Shown one piece after another: positions 1-9,878 of a stretch of 64,000 nt of DNA; within the stretch, counting starts at the first letter, position 1, and each line of letters begins with the position of its first letter. The stretch lies in IMG/VR virus record IMGVR_UViG_2841096034_000001; one strand, given 5' to 3'. The translations under genes were made by a program, and so were the position numbers. The notes beneath the pieces are model-generated. The model saw only the letters and a list, made by a program, of their open reading frames with translations, was not told where the DNA came from and ran no database searches. This DNA is from a virus (Duplodnaviria; Caudoviricetes).

Positions 1-1462
1 TAACCATAAACACAGCAATTGGCTTATTGGAGTAAATAATTTCTTTTACTTCAATAATGCCTCTAGCAAAAATATAAGAGAAGGAAACCTTGCCCGTTTC
101 CTCATCTACTTTGTCAATCCGAATTGTCATATTATCCTTTTGAACTTCTTTATCCTTTGAATTTCCAGGAACAGAATCTTGAGAAATCACTAAATGATCT
201 CCAGCTTCTAATGAGGTATTAAAGTTAATGGTCCATGTCCCACTCTCTCCAGATTGATTGATTTCAGTGGTTCCATCCGGGAATGAAATTATTACTTTGG
301 AAAAAGGGCGACCTCGCCCCTTAATACTTTGACCGAAGCCCACTCTTTTTAAATCCAAAGAGTTTTTTGCTGTCATTTTAGCTGTTTCACTCATTGTGAA
401 TTTCGTCAATCCATTCATCGCTGTCGTAAAAATGCTTGATCGAGTATTCCCTTTGGAAAAATTACTCGTTGCATATTGACCTTTCGCTACATGGGATTGG
501 GGTAGTTCTTGGAAGAATTGATCCAATGCATTGTACTCTTGGCCATCTTCATCCATTTCATTTCTAGTCCCTAACTCTGAGAGCATGTTGGCGACCGTGT
601 ACATCGTAATTTTCTCTTCCATCCCTTCGGTTATGCTTTTCTCTGTAACCGCAAGGATCATAGCATTCACAAGTGATTTAGCTGAATCATCCCACATAGG
701 TTCTTTAGCATTCGGATTGTGGTAAAGCATATGAGTAATGGTTTCGCAAAGAGTTTGAGCTGTAGAATAATCCCCATCCTTATAAGATTGTTTAACCAAC
801 TCTAGCAAATTGAAGCTCATGCTTTGCATGGGATTCATTAAGTTTAAGACCTCAACCTCATAACCTCTTCTCTCCAGCGTCTCCCGGCTAGAAGCAAATA
901 ACTCGCCTTTAGGATCATTGATGACTAAAGAGGGCTGATATTCAGCACGAGAGTATGCATCTATGGTTGGAATAACATAGGTTTGGCCCTTACCACTCCT
1001 TGTCGTACCAATAATTAGATTATTGACAGGTGACGGATCAATAAAAGCTTTGTCCCCTTTTCTAGATAACACAGGGCCTCCTTTACCTTTATATGGTTGT
1101 TTTCGATCAGGAATGGCCCTGTACTGTTGTTGAATTTCTTTTCTCGTTGCAAATCTCTGGGAACCTTTTTCGTCCGTGCCTACGGGTTTAAAGTTACTTC
1201 TAAGTTTGTAAATCATGTTGGCTATACCGACTAAGCCGATTAAGGCCGCTATTCCATAGTAGAGAGGTTGTTCTTGCATATGAAAATCTGTCAAAAATGA
1301 AGCTTTAATTTCTATTGGTTTACTGAATTCTGGGAAAGTCTTTAAGGTTGACCACATGGCATATCCCAAATTCCATACGAAAGTACTGACCAGCATCGTG
1401 GATATAAAAAAACAGATGCTTAGGAGAATAAGCACCTGTTTTTTAGCAATGACTGATTTCAA
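1..1462 (-). CDS. virD4: VirD4/TraG-like type IV coupling protein (3' end off-window)
   Basis: Not in ORF track; manual translation from TTG 1462 (SD GAGGGTG) gives N-terminal TM segments, Walker A NNLIIGTTRSGKGQT and SLVINDPKGEL; frame confirmed at the start and in the segments translated, reading through to the window edge. Confidence 0.9.
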   Translation of the reverse strand, partial: MKSVIAKKQVLILLSICFFISTMLVSTFVWNLGYAMWSTLKTFPEFSKPIEIKASFLTDFHMQEQPLYYGIAALIGLVGIANMIYKLRSNFKPVGTDEKGSQRFATRKEIQQQYRAIPDRKQPYKGKGGPVLSRKGDKAFIDPSPVNNLIIGTTRSGKGQTYVIPTIDAYSRAEYQPSLVINDPKGELFASSRETLERRGYEVEVLNLMNPMQSMSFNLLELVKQSYKDGDYSTAQTLCETITHMLYHNPNAKEPMWDDSAKSLVNAMILAVTEKSITEGMEEKITMYTVANMLSELGTRNEMDEDGQEYNALDQFFQELPQSHVAKGQYATSNFSKGNTRSSIFTTAMNGLTKFTMSETAKMTAKNSLDLKRVGFGQSIKGRGRPFSKVIISFPDGTTEINQSGESGTWTINFNTSLEAGDHLVISQDSVPGNSKDKEVQKDNMTIRIDKVDEETGKVSFSYIFARGIIEVKEIIYSNKPIAVFMV

Positions 1463-1475
1463 ATGAATCACCCTC

Positions 1476-2585
1476 TTATATATTGTTCTTTTGGCCCTCC
1501 AGCTCATCTTGTTGTTCCTTAAGCGAATCGATTTTAGATTGATTTTGATCTTCCGACTTTTTCTCTGTTTCTATTTGGCTGTTTATCTTCGTCAACTGTT
1601 CCTCAATTTCTTGATACTCATTAATCTTTTTATTCAGTTCATCATTTTTCGCTTCACTGGCCATCTTTTTTGCATCTTCCAATTGACCAAGCCTCAAATA
1701 AGCGATCCCCTTTTGTTTATACAGTTCAGGAGACATCGCCATATCTTGAATATCCACCGCCTGTTTGTATTCCCCATTATGAAAGGCTATTTTAAATTCA
1801 CCCAAAGGACTTGGATAAGCTTCTTGAAAGGAAATCAATTCTTCCAGACCATGAACTTTCATGACTTGCTCAGCCAGTGAAGAAGAGTTTTCCTTGCCTA
1901 CATATTGCAAAGCTTGATCATACTTTTTAAGTTCCACCAGAAAATGAAGCAATGTTTTGCGCTCCGATTCCGTTAAGGTTTCCATTCCTTGTAACTGATC
2001 AACAGCTTTTTTCTGCTGACCTGTCCAATAACCTTCATAAGCCGTTTTTACATTCTCCGTTTTTTCCAGCTCTTGTGTTGTGGCTCTTAGATCTTTGCCT
2101 TGATTGCTTAGAAGTATAAATAGAGTGATGGATGTAACTATGGCTACCACTAATGTGGTACTGATCATACTCACAAAAAATTTGCCACGCTTACCAAGTT
2201 GCTTCCAACTCGATTTTTGTACTTCCTTTTCTTTCAATACTCCTGTCATATCAATTTGATAAGATGCTGGTGTATTAGAAGTTAATTGTTGAAGGAAGAC
2301 ATCCCTTTTTGTTTCTTCATTTTTATTTTGCATGGGTAACTCTAAAAGCTTTTGACAAACATGGTCATAAATATTTGATGTTCCTTCTGCTCCCATTTCA
2401 TATGAGCCGTTGTACAGCTTGTCTCCTTCTTCATTAAATATCATGAAATCTAGCAGAATTGGCTTGGCATTTTTCTTCTTTAATTTAGCATCCAATTCTG
2501 CTGTTAGAACGACAATTTCCTGGAAGGAATAAGGGTGAAAGCTTGAAATTTCACCATCCATTTTTGATGTGAATAATACCCTCAT
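1476..2585 (-). CDS. Single-TM conjugation-associated protein with helical/TPR-like and coiled-coil C-terminus
   Basis: One TM helix (FFVSMISTTLVVAIVTSITLFILL); co-oriented between pilin and VirD4. Confidence 0.6.
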   Translation of the reverse strand: MRVLFTSKMDGEISSFHPYSFQEIVVLTAELDAKLKKKNAKPILLDFMIFNEEGDKLYNGSYEMGAEGTSNIYDHVCQKLLELPMQNKNEETKRDVFLQQLTSNTPASYQIDMTGVLKEKEVQKSSWKQLGKRGKFFVSMISTTLVVAIVTSITLFILLSNQGKDLRATTQELEKTENVKTAYEGYWTGQQKKAVDQLQGMETLTESERKTLLHFLVELKKYDQALQYVGKENSSSLAEQVMKVHGLEELISFQEAYPSPLGEFKIAFHNGEYKQAVDIQDMAMSPELYKQKGIAYLRLGQLEDAKKMASEAKNDELNKKINEYQEIEEQLTKINSQIETEKKSEDQNQSKIDSLKEQQDELEGQKNNI

Positions 2586-2599
2586 AAACCTACACTCCT

Positions 2600-2863
2600 T
2601 TAAAAGATCACCTGACTGTCAATGTATTCAGCGATAGCTGTAGCTCCCATTAGAACGACAAGTCCAACGGCACCACCAATGAACCACACGATAGAGCTTT
2701 GGCGGCCTCTAACTCCACCCCAGATAAGATGGTAGGCTCCTATACCAAAAGCAATGGCAGCCGAGATAATACCCAAAAGCTGCATGGCGGTTAAAATTGA
2801 TGCCCCTGTAGATTGTAAATTACTAATGGCAGCAAGCATGGAATAATCTGCAAAGTACTTCAT
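2600..2863 (-). CDS. TrbC/VirB2-like pilin
   Basis: 87 aa, two hydrophobic helices joined by a GGVRGRQ loop; located in conjugation operon. Confidence 0.7.
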   Translation of the reverse strand: MKYFADYSMLAAISNLQSTGASILTAMQLLGIISAAIAFGIGAYHLIWGGVRGRQSSIVWFIGGAVGLVVLMGATAIAEYIDSQVIF

Positions 2864-2878
2864 TAAAATCTCCCCTTA

Positions 2879-3073
2879 TTAAATATTTTTGTTCTTGTTT
2901 TCTTCATCCACCCCTTTGTAATGGAGCAATGACTTCATAACGACATCTTGGTTTTGTTGAATGTAGTCTTGATGTTTTTCATGAAGCCACTCGTTGTAAG
3001 AAATGTCTTGGATGGTTAGCAGTGTCTGAACTAAGTCTTTTGATTGCTTAAGTTCACGATTAGTAACGCCCAT
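2879..3073 (-). CDS. Hypothetical protein
   Basis: ORF with SD, co-oriented in operon. Confidence 0.6.
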   Translation of the reverse strand: MGVTNRELKQSKDLVQTLLTIQDISYNEWLHEKHQDYIQQNQDVVMKSLLHYKGVDEENKNKNI

Positions 3074-3105
3074 TCACCTTCACCCCCTTTCAAGGTTTTT
3101 GTCCA

Positions 3106-3138
3106 TAAAAAAAGAAGCGATCTATTAAAGATCACTTC
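3106..3138 (-). terminator. Rho-independent terminator inside the conjugation gene run
   Basis: Minus strand GAAGTGATCT-TTAAT-AGATCGCTTC followed by a T-tract. Confidence 0.6.
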
Positions 3139-3140
3139 CA

Positions 3141-3581
3141 TTAGGATGAAGTTTCGTTGATGAATTTTTGTATAGCTTGATCCCTATCTTCAAGGGTTTG
3201 GTATTTCTGTGTTTTTAAGGAGATACGGTTCTGTAATTGTCCACCCTCATAATAACTTAGAGATTGGAAGAGTTCACTACCTTCCAAACCTATTTCATTC
3301 AGATCCATATCCCCATCAAGAATTTTTTGATTCTGAGCATTAATTTCTTTCACATTAATTTCTTCAATATTCTCTTCCACTACCTTGATATGTTCATCTC
3401 TTTTTTCTTCCTCAGACGCATCAGTTACTAAAATATAAACATTGTCACTGTCTTGCAGAGTTTCTTTCATCTCACCTGGTGATAATGACTCGACTTGACC
3501 TGTGGCTCCTTGAGATCCGCAACCAACTAGGATTAAAACTACAACAAATCCAGCCAAACCACCGACCCAACGCTTTGCCAT
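3141..3581 (-). CDS. Lipoprotein (possible entry exclusion)
   Basis: Signal peptide with lipobox LVGC; function inferred from position only. Confidence 0.7.
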   Translation of the reverse strand: MAKRWVGGLAGFVVVLILVGCGSQGATGQVESLSPGEMKETLQDSDNVYILVTDASEEEKRDEHIKVVEENIEEINVKEINAQNQKILDGDMDLNEIGLEGSELFQSLSYYEGGQLQNRISLKTQKYQTLEDRDQAIQKFINETSS

Positions 3582-3992
3582 CAGATCAATCTCCTCTCAA
3601 GTGATTTGTATAACGATTCTAACACCTACTCAAATATAAATCCACATTATGGAAGATAGATCTTTATTATTAATGATTGTTTATGGCGAGATACAATCAA
3701 CCCTATGTAGAAGGATTATTCTTTCTACAATGCACAACGTTTCTAGCCTATACGAAGAACTTTATGTATCTAGGATAAACTATACAAAGCTTCATCAGTT
3801 TATACCTCACTTTATATAAGTAAACCATAATAGATACAACGCTTACCGGGTCACAAGATGCGTTTCACGTAACACGCACCAAACGGTAATCGACTGTTAG
3901 GAAAGTTCAATGACCTTTCAGTTTCCTAACGTAGATATATACTTTTCAATGTTCAATATGTGCTATTTAAGCACGTGTTAAAATCGTTATAT

Positions 3993-4226
3993 TTACTTCA
4001 CAGGTTTCAGCTCACTCATAGGGTTTTTGCGTTTAGCAATGGTTCTGAATTGATCATCTTTTACGGTTCGAATTCGATAATAGATACTGGCCAGCTTTTC
4101 AGTAGTACCATGACGATCAACCGCCCAAATACCACGCACATCATATCTTTTTCCTTCAAAGGTTTTTACATTGTCAGCTTGTGAAGCAATGTCATAATAA
4201 GCAAAGTGCTTTTTATTTGATTTCAC
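3993..4226 (-). CDS. Hypothetical protein
   Basis: ORF with SD (GGAGG) following the replication gene. Confidence 0.5.
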   Translation of the reverse strand: MKSNKKHFAYYDIASQADNVKTFEGKRYDVRGIWAVDRHGTTEKLASIYYRIRTVKDDQFRTIAKRKNPMSELKPVK

Positions 4227-4245
4227 CTTATCTTACCTCCCAAGT

Positions 4246-5268
4246 TTATGGTTCTCCCGCCACACTAAGCTTCAATTGTTCTAATAAAATGTCTATAGCT
4301 GAGCATTTACCATCCCTGATAGAAGCTATATCTTCTTCGGAAAGATTATATCGATCATCAATGGATTCAAGAATATTCTCTCTCGATCTTTTTAGCTTAA
4401 TCGCTAACTCAATGGTTCGAGCTGTATCTTCGATGCTAGGTTTTTTATTTATATGATGCTTTTCTTGTTCTTCACGGTTTTTAAACCATTCCGGTAATAC
4501 CTCCTGACTTTGTGATTGTTTGGAATACGTAGCTTTATTAGCCTGCTTGTTCTTATATTCAACTTCTTCAGCATCCGCCTGTTCTACTGTTCGTATCCCT
4601 TTATTTATCCAGGATTGAAGGATGCTCTTAACGTAGCCCCATGTCGGTTTATTTCGGTCCAAGGAACGCTTCATAGCCTCCACAATTAATGGATCCCCAA
4701 GGTCTTCAACCCATTTCACTATTTCTTCTGAGATTTGAGGACGTATAATCCCAAAGTTGTTTTGGTAAAATTGAATGCTGTCACAATCCAATCGTTCAGA
4801 AGTTGTTGTAGTAATGAATTCTTTTACATTCTTAACTTCTTTAAGTTCTCTGCCATTCTTGTATGTGTCTTTCTGCTGTCTCTCTGATGACGAGGAGTTG
4901 TCGTCTTGCTGTTTTTCTGCTGTTGTTTTGTTGTCGTATTCTTCATCGTTAGATTGATAAATCCCCCAGTTTTCAACGGTTATTACACTATATTTGTTGG
5001 TGGTATTTATACTAATGACACTGTCTTCCTGAAGTATTTTTATATAGTCACGAACGGTGGATTCATTCATACTTAATTCAGAAGCAGCTTTTTTACGGCC
5101 AAATATAAATTGTCCAGGTTTAAGAGTAACCTTTTGCCTCCCTACTCTCGATTCTGTACTTTTATGGCTTGCCTTCGTCAGACAATAAATGAACACTTTT
5201 AACAACTTCTCATTTTCGAAAATTTCACTATGAAGAATTTTACGATGCAGCTTTAACCACCCCTGCAC
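4246..5268 (-). CDS. Phage-type replication initiator with DnaD domain
   Basis: N-terminal GWLKLHRKI..W/F HTH signature; DnaD motif YVKSILQSWINKGIRTVEQA. Confidence 0.85.
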   Translation of the reverse strand: MQGWLKLHRKILHSEIFENEKLLKVFIYCLTKASHKSTESRVGRQKVTLKPGQFIFGRKKAASELSMNESTVRDYIKILQEDSVISINTTNKYSVITVENWGIYQSNDEEYDNKTTAEKQQDDNSSSSERQQKDTYKNGRELKEVKNVKEFITTTTSERLDCDSIQFYQNNFGIIRPQISEEIVKWVEDLGDPLIVEAMKRSLDRNKPTWGYVKSILQSWINKGIRTVEQADAEEVEYKNKQANKATYSKQSQSQEVLPEWFKNREEQEKHHINKKPSIEDTARTIELAIKLKRSRENILESIDDRYNLSEEDIASIRDGKCSAIDILLEQLKLSVAGEP

Positions 5269-5279
5269 AACCTCACCTC

Positions 5280-5798
5280 CTAATTTATTAATCTCTTAGA
5301 ATATAGAGTTTGGTGATGATCCTTCCAAAGCTTTAGCCAATTGATTTCATATCTTTCACAAACAGTAGCTAAATACAGGGTAGAGAAATGAATAACACCA
5401 GTCATAACTTCAGCTGATTTCCGTATGTCATGAATCTTAATAGAGTGCTTATCGTGTAATTTTACAGTTAAATTTACATTAGCTAATACATTAATAGCCT
5501 TCTGTAGTTCTTCCTCTAATAGAAGTTGTAAGAGAAAATTATCCTCTTCTACTTCCGGTCCCTCTAAGCGAGAGATCCCCCACCCAACATATTCATTAAC
5601 AGATTCAAGTGCTAACCAAGGATTGTTATACTTCTCAATAAAGTATTTAGTGGATACAGGAGGAATCTTCCGTTCTCCCCCTTCCTGTTTAGAGATATAC
5701 TCTCTTGACTGAAACATATCTACAGCTAACTGTTGCTGGGTTTTATTTTTGTTTTTCCTTAAATCCTTCATTAACTGCGCTGATTTGCTTTTATTAAT
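5280..5798 (-). CDS. XRE-family HTH protein (homolog of prophage 61028-61549); probable AUU start at 5798, first ATG at 5771
   Basis: HTH TQQQLA..SREYISKQEGGERK; aligns end to end with the prophage protein; SD AAGGAGG 8 nt before ATT. Confidence 0.8.
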   Translation of the reverse strand: MNKSKSAQLMKDLRKNKNKTQQQLAVDMFQSREYISKQEGGERKIPPVSTKYFIEKYNNPWLALESVNEYVGWGISRLEGPEVEEDNFLLQLLLEEELQKAINVLANVNLTVKLHDKHSIKIHDIRKSAEVMTGVIHFSTLYLATVCERYEINWLKLWKDHHQTLYSKRLIN

Positions 5799-5870
5799 AG
5801 TTTCCCCCTCCTTACTTATTGATTTGTACCATTGATTGCTTTCTCAGAGGTATATACTAGATTCATAGAG

Positions 5871-6194
5871 TCAAACAACACCAAAGTTTCTTTCCGGAGC
5901 AATATCATCAGATACATCAACATGATTTCTAATCCATGTAATGACTAAATCCTTGGGGTAAAGTGTCCGGCCACCTACATGAACTTTTGGAAAGTCCTTG
6001 CGCTTTAATACGTGAGCATCAAGAGATTGTACACTGACATTAAACACACGCTCAGCTAATTTTGTTCGATCAAGTAAATAGGGTAATTCCATTTCTTTCT
6101 GAACATCTTCTTGTGCTTTTTTAGCAATATCATAAAAAATATCATAAACCTTGTTATTAAAATCAGATTCGGGTTGCAGTTTAGCTTCAAACAT
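5871..6194 (-). CDS. Excisionase-like winged-HTH protein
   Basis: LLDRTKLAERVFNVS...FPKVHVGGRTLYPKDLVITW, Xis/HTH_17-like pattern; follows Cro-like gene. Confidence 0.65.
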   Translation of the reverse strand: MFEAKLQPESDFNNKVYDIFYDIAKKAQEDVQKEMELPYLLDRTKLAERVFNVSVQSLDAHVLKRKDFPKVHVGGRTLYPKDLVITWIRNHVDVSDDIAPERNFGVV

Positions 6195-6434
6195 CTACAA
6201 CATCTCCTTATAAGTTTTTTGTTCCTTTAAGGAACATTGGTTTTCAAAAAAATTTGTCCACTTGAACTCTAGGGCAAAAGCTATGTCCTTCGCTGTTTCT
6301 ACTGTAGGATTTTTAACTCCTGATTCAATATGGGTATAATAGCTTCTCGATATGTTTGATTTAATAGCTGTTTGTTTTTGCGTTAAATCCTTCTGAAGTC
6401 GAATCTCTTTTAACCACATCCTCAATATATTCAC
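6195..6434 (-). CDS. Cro-like XRE regulator (likely start TTG 6425)
   Basis: HTH LTQKQTA..SRSYYTHIESG; divergent from repressor. Confidence 0.85.
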   Translation of the reverse strand: MNILRMWLKEIRLQKDLTQKQTAIKSNISRSYYTHIESGVKNPTVETAKDIAFALEFKWTNFFENQCSLKEQKTYKEML

Positions 6435-6559
6435 CTCCTAAAGTTCCTTTAAGGAACATCTTACAATGTATTATAAGTTCCTTTAGGTAACATTGTCAAC
6501 AATATCCATATAATTTTTTTACACTTTTAGGAACTTTTCTTTAAGTTACTTTGAGAAAC
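6221..6559. promoter_or_regulatory. Five palindromic operators GTTCCT-N3-AGGAAC around divergent promoters
   Basis: Copies at 6221-6235, 6443-6457, 6477-6491, 6520-6534, 6545-6559; leftward TTGACA (6499-6494)/TATAAT (6475-6470); rightward TATAAT 6563-6568. Confidence 0.8.
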
Positions 6560-6615
6560 ATTTATAATGGATACATAACACACTTTAATCTAGTGAAAAG
6601 CATGGTGGTATAAAC

Positions 6616-7038
6616 ATGAATTTTTCAAACAGGCTGAAAAGATGCCGACAAATAAAAAAAGAGGAAAATCCAAATTGGACCCAAGATTATATTGCGAGGC
6701 AAATTGGTGTAGCTCGAACAACTTACACAGCATACGAGAGAGGTACCAAAATTCCTACTTTAGATACTGTGAACAAGATCGCTGACCTTTTTGATGTATC
6801 CACCGATTACCTTTTAGGCCGATCAGATATTTCAGATTATCAAGTGGATAAAAGCAATGAATTTGATTCAATAAAAGAAGTGAATAAATTGATGGACCAA
6901 TATGGAATTGAAGATGCAGCTTTTTTTGATTTGGAAAAGTGGAAATCAATGAGTCCAGAGCAGATAAGGGAATTGGAAAGTTACTTTCAATATTTAGTGA
7001 AAAAGTCTAAAGAGCTTGAGGAAAAAGAAAATAAATAA
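6616..7038 (+). CDS. ImmR/CI-like XRE repressor
   Basis: WTQDYIA..ARTTYTAYERG..IADLFDVSTDYLLGR; no LexA-type peptidase domain. Confidence 0.9.
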   Translation: MNFSNRLKRCRQIKKEENPNWTQDYIARQIGVARTTYTAYERGTKIPTLDTVNKIADLFDVSTDYLLGRSDISDYQVDKSNEFDSIKEVNKLMDQYGIEDAAFFDLEKWKSMSPEQIRELESYFQYLVKKSKELEEKENK

Positions 7039-7073
7039 AAGCAGGGAACTCCACTAAAGAAGTCCCTGCTTTT
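7037..7073. terminator. Bidirectional terminator
   Basis: AAAAGCAGGGA...TCCCTGCTTTT between convergent genes. Confidence 0.75.
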
Positions 7074-7277
7074 GTGTTTAATCAATATAGAGTTTGAAAT
7101 TCCCCATTATACATCAAGAAAAGCCCCTTTAAAGGAAGACTTGATTTCTAGATATCTTGTATCAAATAATAAATTAATGCACCCGTTACTTTATGTACAT
7201 TTTTTATAAAATCAGTACAAAAAGATGTCGTTTGAATGCACAGTATCGTTGTACTGTGTAACAAGAAATCGAGAATT

Positions 7278-9878
7278 TTATTTATAACCCCTAGCAATAA
7301 TTTCAGGATCACCCTTCTCTAATGCAACTTGTAGGCTATGCTTATAAACATGCTTTTTTTCTCTTATTTTTGAATCACGATTTAAGGATTTCCGATAGAC
7401 AAACTTTTGTTTTAGCACATTTTTTCGTTGATTATAATAAAGAATAAATCTGGCTAATGGTGCTTGATCATTGGAATTTCGCCATATAATTTTGAAGCTC
7501 TTCATTCCTTCCCACTCTTCTACACTTAGCATTTTACATAATAAATTTAATTGCAATAAGTTAAATTCAGCATTTATGTTAACTTCTCTTGAAAGAATTA
7601 ATTTAGTTTCATCGATAAATGGTTCCTGAACAACAGTAAAAGTAGTTATTGTCCTCAATTGGTGTATAAATTGCTCAAACGTACATATTGGAAATCTAGC
7701 TTCTAGAAAGTTTTCAAAATCTGTTTGTTTGACGTGCAAATTCAGTTTATTTAAGTGATTTTGGATTTGCTCCCAAAAGTCTCTATAGGTTTCTCTGATG
7801 GGATACACATGTTGATGTATCTTTTTTAGATGTAGAGCTAATTCTTTCTTTTGCATCCGAACTTGATCATAGTTATCCTCGCTTGCTAATAGGTATTCCT
7901 TTGCAACGATACTGGATAATAACTTCGTTACTATATCTCGTACTTCCATACTTTCTCCATCTAAAATATTCATCTCACAATAACTTTCCATTGTTTTCGC
8001 AATGTCTAAGTTCTCTTGAATTAAATCCCCTGTACTGATAAAGCCAGTATCAACATCATATAGCTTCCATAAGAATCCATTATAAATTGCTATATTTTTT
8101 ATTAGTATCTCGTTATTAACTTTTTCTAAATAGTCCCGCGAGTGTATACCTCTATGGAACTTCTTAATAAACCGCTTCATTCTTTTCTCTAATAGCTTTA
8201 CATCCATTTCTTTTATAGTAATTTCATTATTACCGGAGGGTGGGGTTTCCTGCTTCACATCCATCGGTTCCTCACTAGTGTTTTGAAAATGTCGATTCAG
8301 TGCACGGATTAAATTAGTAAAGACATCTACCCCACCAATAACCCCATAAGATTTTACTGGTTCCTCTGTCGATACATAATAATCGTCTAAATTATCACTA
8401 ATGTGTTCCTTATCCCCACGTAATTCTGCTTGTTGGTGTATGTTTGTAGAGCCCCTTTGTTGATTCGCTTGTTCAATATCGTCTTCTGTTAGTATTAACC
8501 GATTATTCAAATCATCTAGCAAACCCACAAGTGTTTGATACTCTTCCAAATTTGAATCTTTTTCTAAATAATGGTATGGCGAATCCTTCATATTAGCAAA
8601 GGTCTTCAACAACATCTGGGTATCATGATACCAACCAACACATTCTAGGACTTGATTCGGTGTTGTAATCAAAATATCAAAAGTTTCTTTTAATTTGTCT
8701 AAATTACGGTCGAACACATAAGTGTAGTAGGATTCAACCTGATCAATCTTCTTTCCTTGTGCGGCACAAACATGAACCTGATCGATTGATATGGTCGATT
8801 TTAGCTTTATGGTCAGCTTGTTTTGATCCAATACGCCCTCAATAAATTGAATCGTTTGTTTTTGCTGTTCCTGATTTGCCTCTTCCGGCATAAGTTCAAA
8901 CAAGTCAGTTAAAGGAACAAAATTAAATTCTTCGTCAAAAAAAGAATCGAACTTACCCTTTGGTCCTTTCTCCGCAATAACCGCTTCCGTATTACCGTCC
9001 GCACTTGTTTGTAACAAAGCCTGGCGACTACAGTTGGCACTTCCATATACAATGACCTCTTCCTGCTCACCAATAAATCGAAAAACTTTTCCATGATACC
9101 TTTTATGATTATCCTCTGTGAAATTCACTTCATACAAATCAAACCTCGAATCATCCTTTTTAGTTAATGGGAAATTCGTAGTTTTGTTTTGTAAATAGAT
9201 CGAAACCTTTTCAGGGTTATATTTTTGATGCCAATGATTAATAACTGCAAGGGATTGATCAAAGTATGGTGTCATGCAATCAATTCGTTTAATTACTTCT
9301 GGTAAGATCTCACTTAATTGATCTTGTATTGACCTCTCAAGATTCATGAACATCGATAGTGCATTATTTTCCCGATTAAAGTTATTTAAATAGTAAAAAG
9401 TCTGTAGTTGAGCCATCAATTCTTCCATCAATTTATTATTACTTGGCTTCGTTTGCCAAAACATACTTAAAGCAGCATTAATGATGTGAAGATGATCTTT
9501 ATTTCTTCCAACCTCATAGGTGAATACGTTGAATAATTCTTTGTTCGTTATAAATCCAGAAGGGGTTAAATTGCCACTACCAATAATCAGCTTTGCCTTT
9601 TTTTCACCTAATAACAAATACACTTTTGGATGAAAAGCATGATTAGTTTCCATTGGTGTTACCAGATAACTTTTTCCGAGTTCGGTGATATTTGGATGTT
9701 TAACCGAGTCTTGTAAACTATTATGATCAATAAAGAGCCCAATATATGTACAACCATTATCTAACAAATGACGCAGAATCATCTTTTCAAAAAAAACTAA
9801 ATCTGTGGAAAAGGATGAAAATAGTGCGACCTTATATCCGTTATGTTTCAACTCTTCTAGTATGTTAATCTTATCCAC
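7278..9878 (-). CDS. Large tandem phospholipase D-superfamily (HxK) nuclease-like protein; candidate defence
   Basis: Two motifs FHPKVYLL..GSGNLT and YHGKVFRF..GSANCS; long helical C-terminus. Confidence 0.75.
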   Translation of the reverse strand: MDKINILEELKHNGYKVALFSSFSTDLVFFEKMILRHLLDNGCTYIGLFIDHNSLQDSVKHPNITELGKSYLVTPMETNHAFHPKVYLLLGEKKAKLIIGSGNLTPSGFITNKELFNVFTYEVGRNKDHLHIINAALSMFWQTKPSNNKLMEELMAQLQTFYYLNNFNRENNALSMFMNLERSIQDQLSEILPEVIKRIDCMTPYFDQSLAVINHWHQKYNPEKVSIYLQNKTTNFPLTKKDDSRFDLYEVNFTEDNHKRYHGKVFRFIGEQEEVIVYGSANCSRQALLQTSADGNTEAVIAEKGPKGKFDSFFDEEFNFVPLTDLFELMPEEANQEQQKQTIQFIEGVLDQNKLTIKLKSTISIDQVHVCAAQGKKIDQVESYYTYVFDRNLDKLKETFDILITTPNQVLECVGWYHDTQMLLKTFANMKDSPYHYLEKDSNLEEYQTLVGLLDDLNNRLILTEDDIEQANQQRGSTNIHQQAELRGDKEHISDNLDDYYVSTEEPVKSYGVIGGVDVFTNLIRALNRHFQNTSEEPMDVKQETPPSGNNEITIKEMDVKLLEKRMKRFIKKFHRGIHSRDYLEKVNNEILIKNIAIYNGFLWKLYDVDTGFISTGDLIQENLDIAKTMESYCEMNILDGESMEVRDIVTKLLSSIVAKEYLLASEDNYDQVRMQKKELALHLKKIHQHVYPIRETYRDFWEQIQNHLNKLNLHVKQTDFENFLEARFPICTFEQFIHQLRTITTFTVVQEPFIDETKLILSREVNINAEFNLLQLNLLCKMLSVEEWEGMKSFKIIWRNSNDQAPLARFILYYNQRKNVLKQKFVYRKSLNRDSKIREKKHVYKHSLQVALEKGDPEIIARGYK

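Noticed and set aside
6221-6559. CRISPR-like repeats
   Set aside because: 15-bp degenerate palindromes with irregular spacing at divergent promoters are operators; no cas genes
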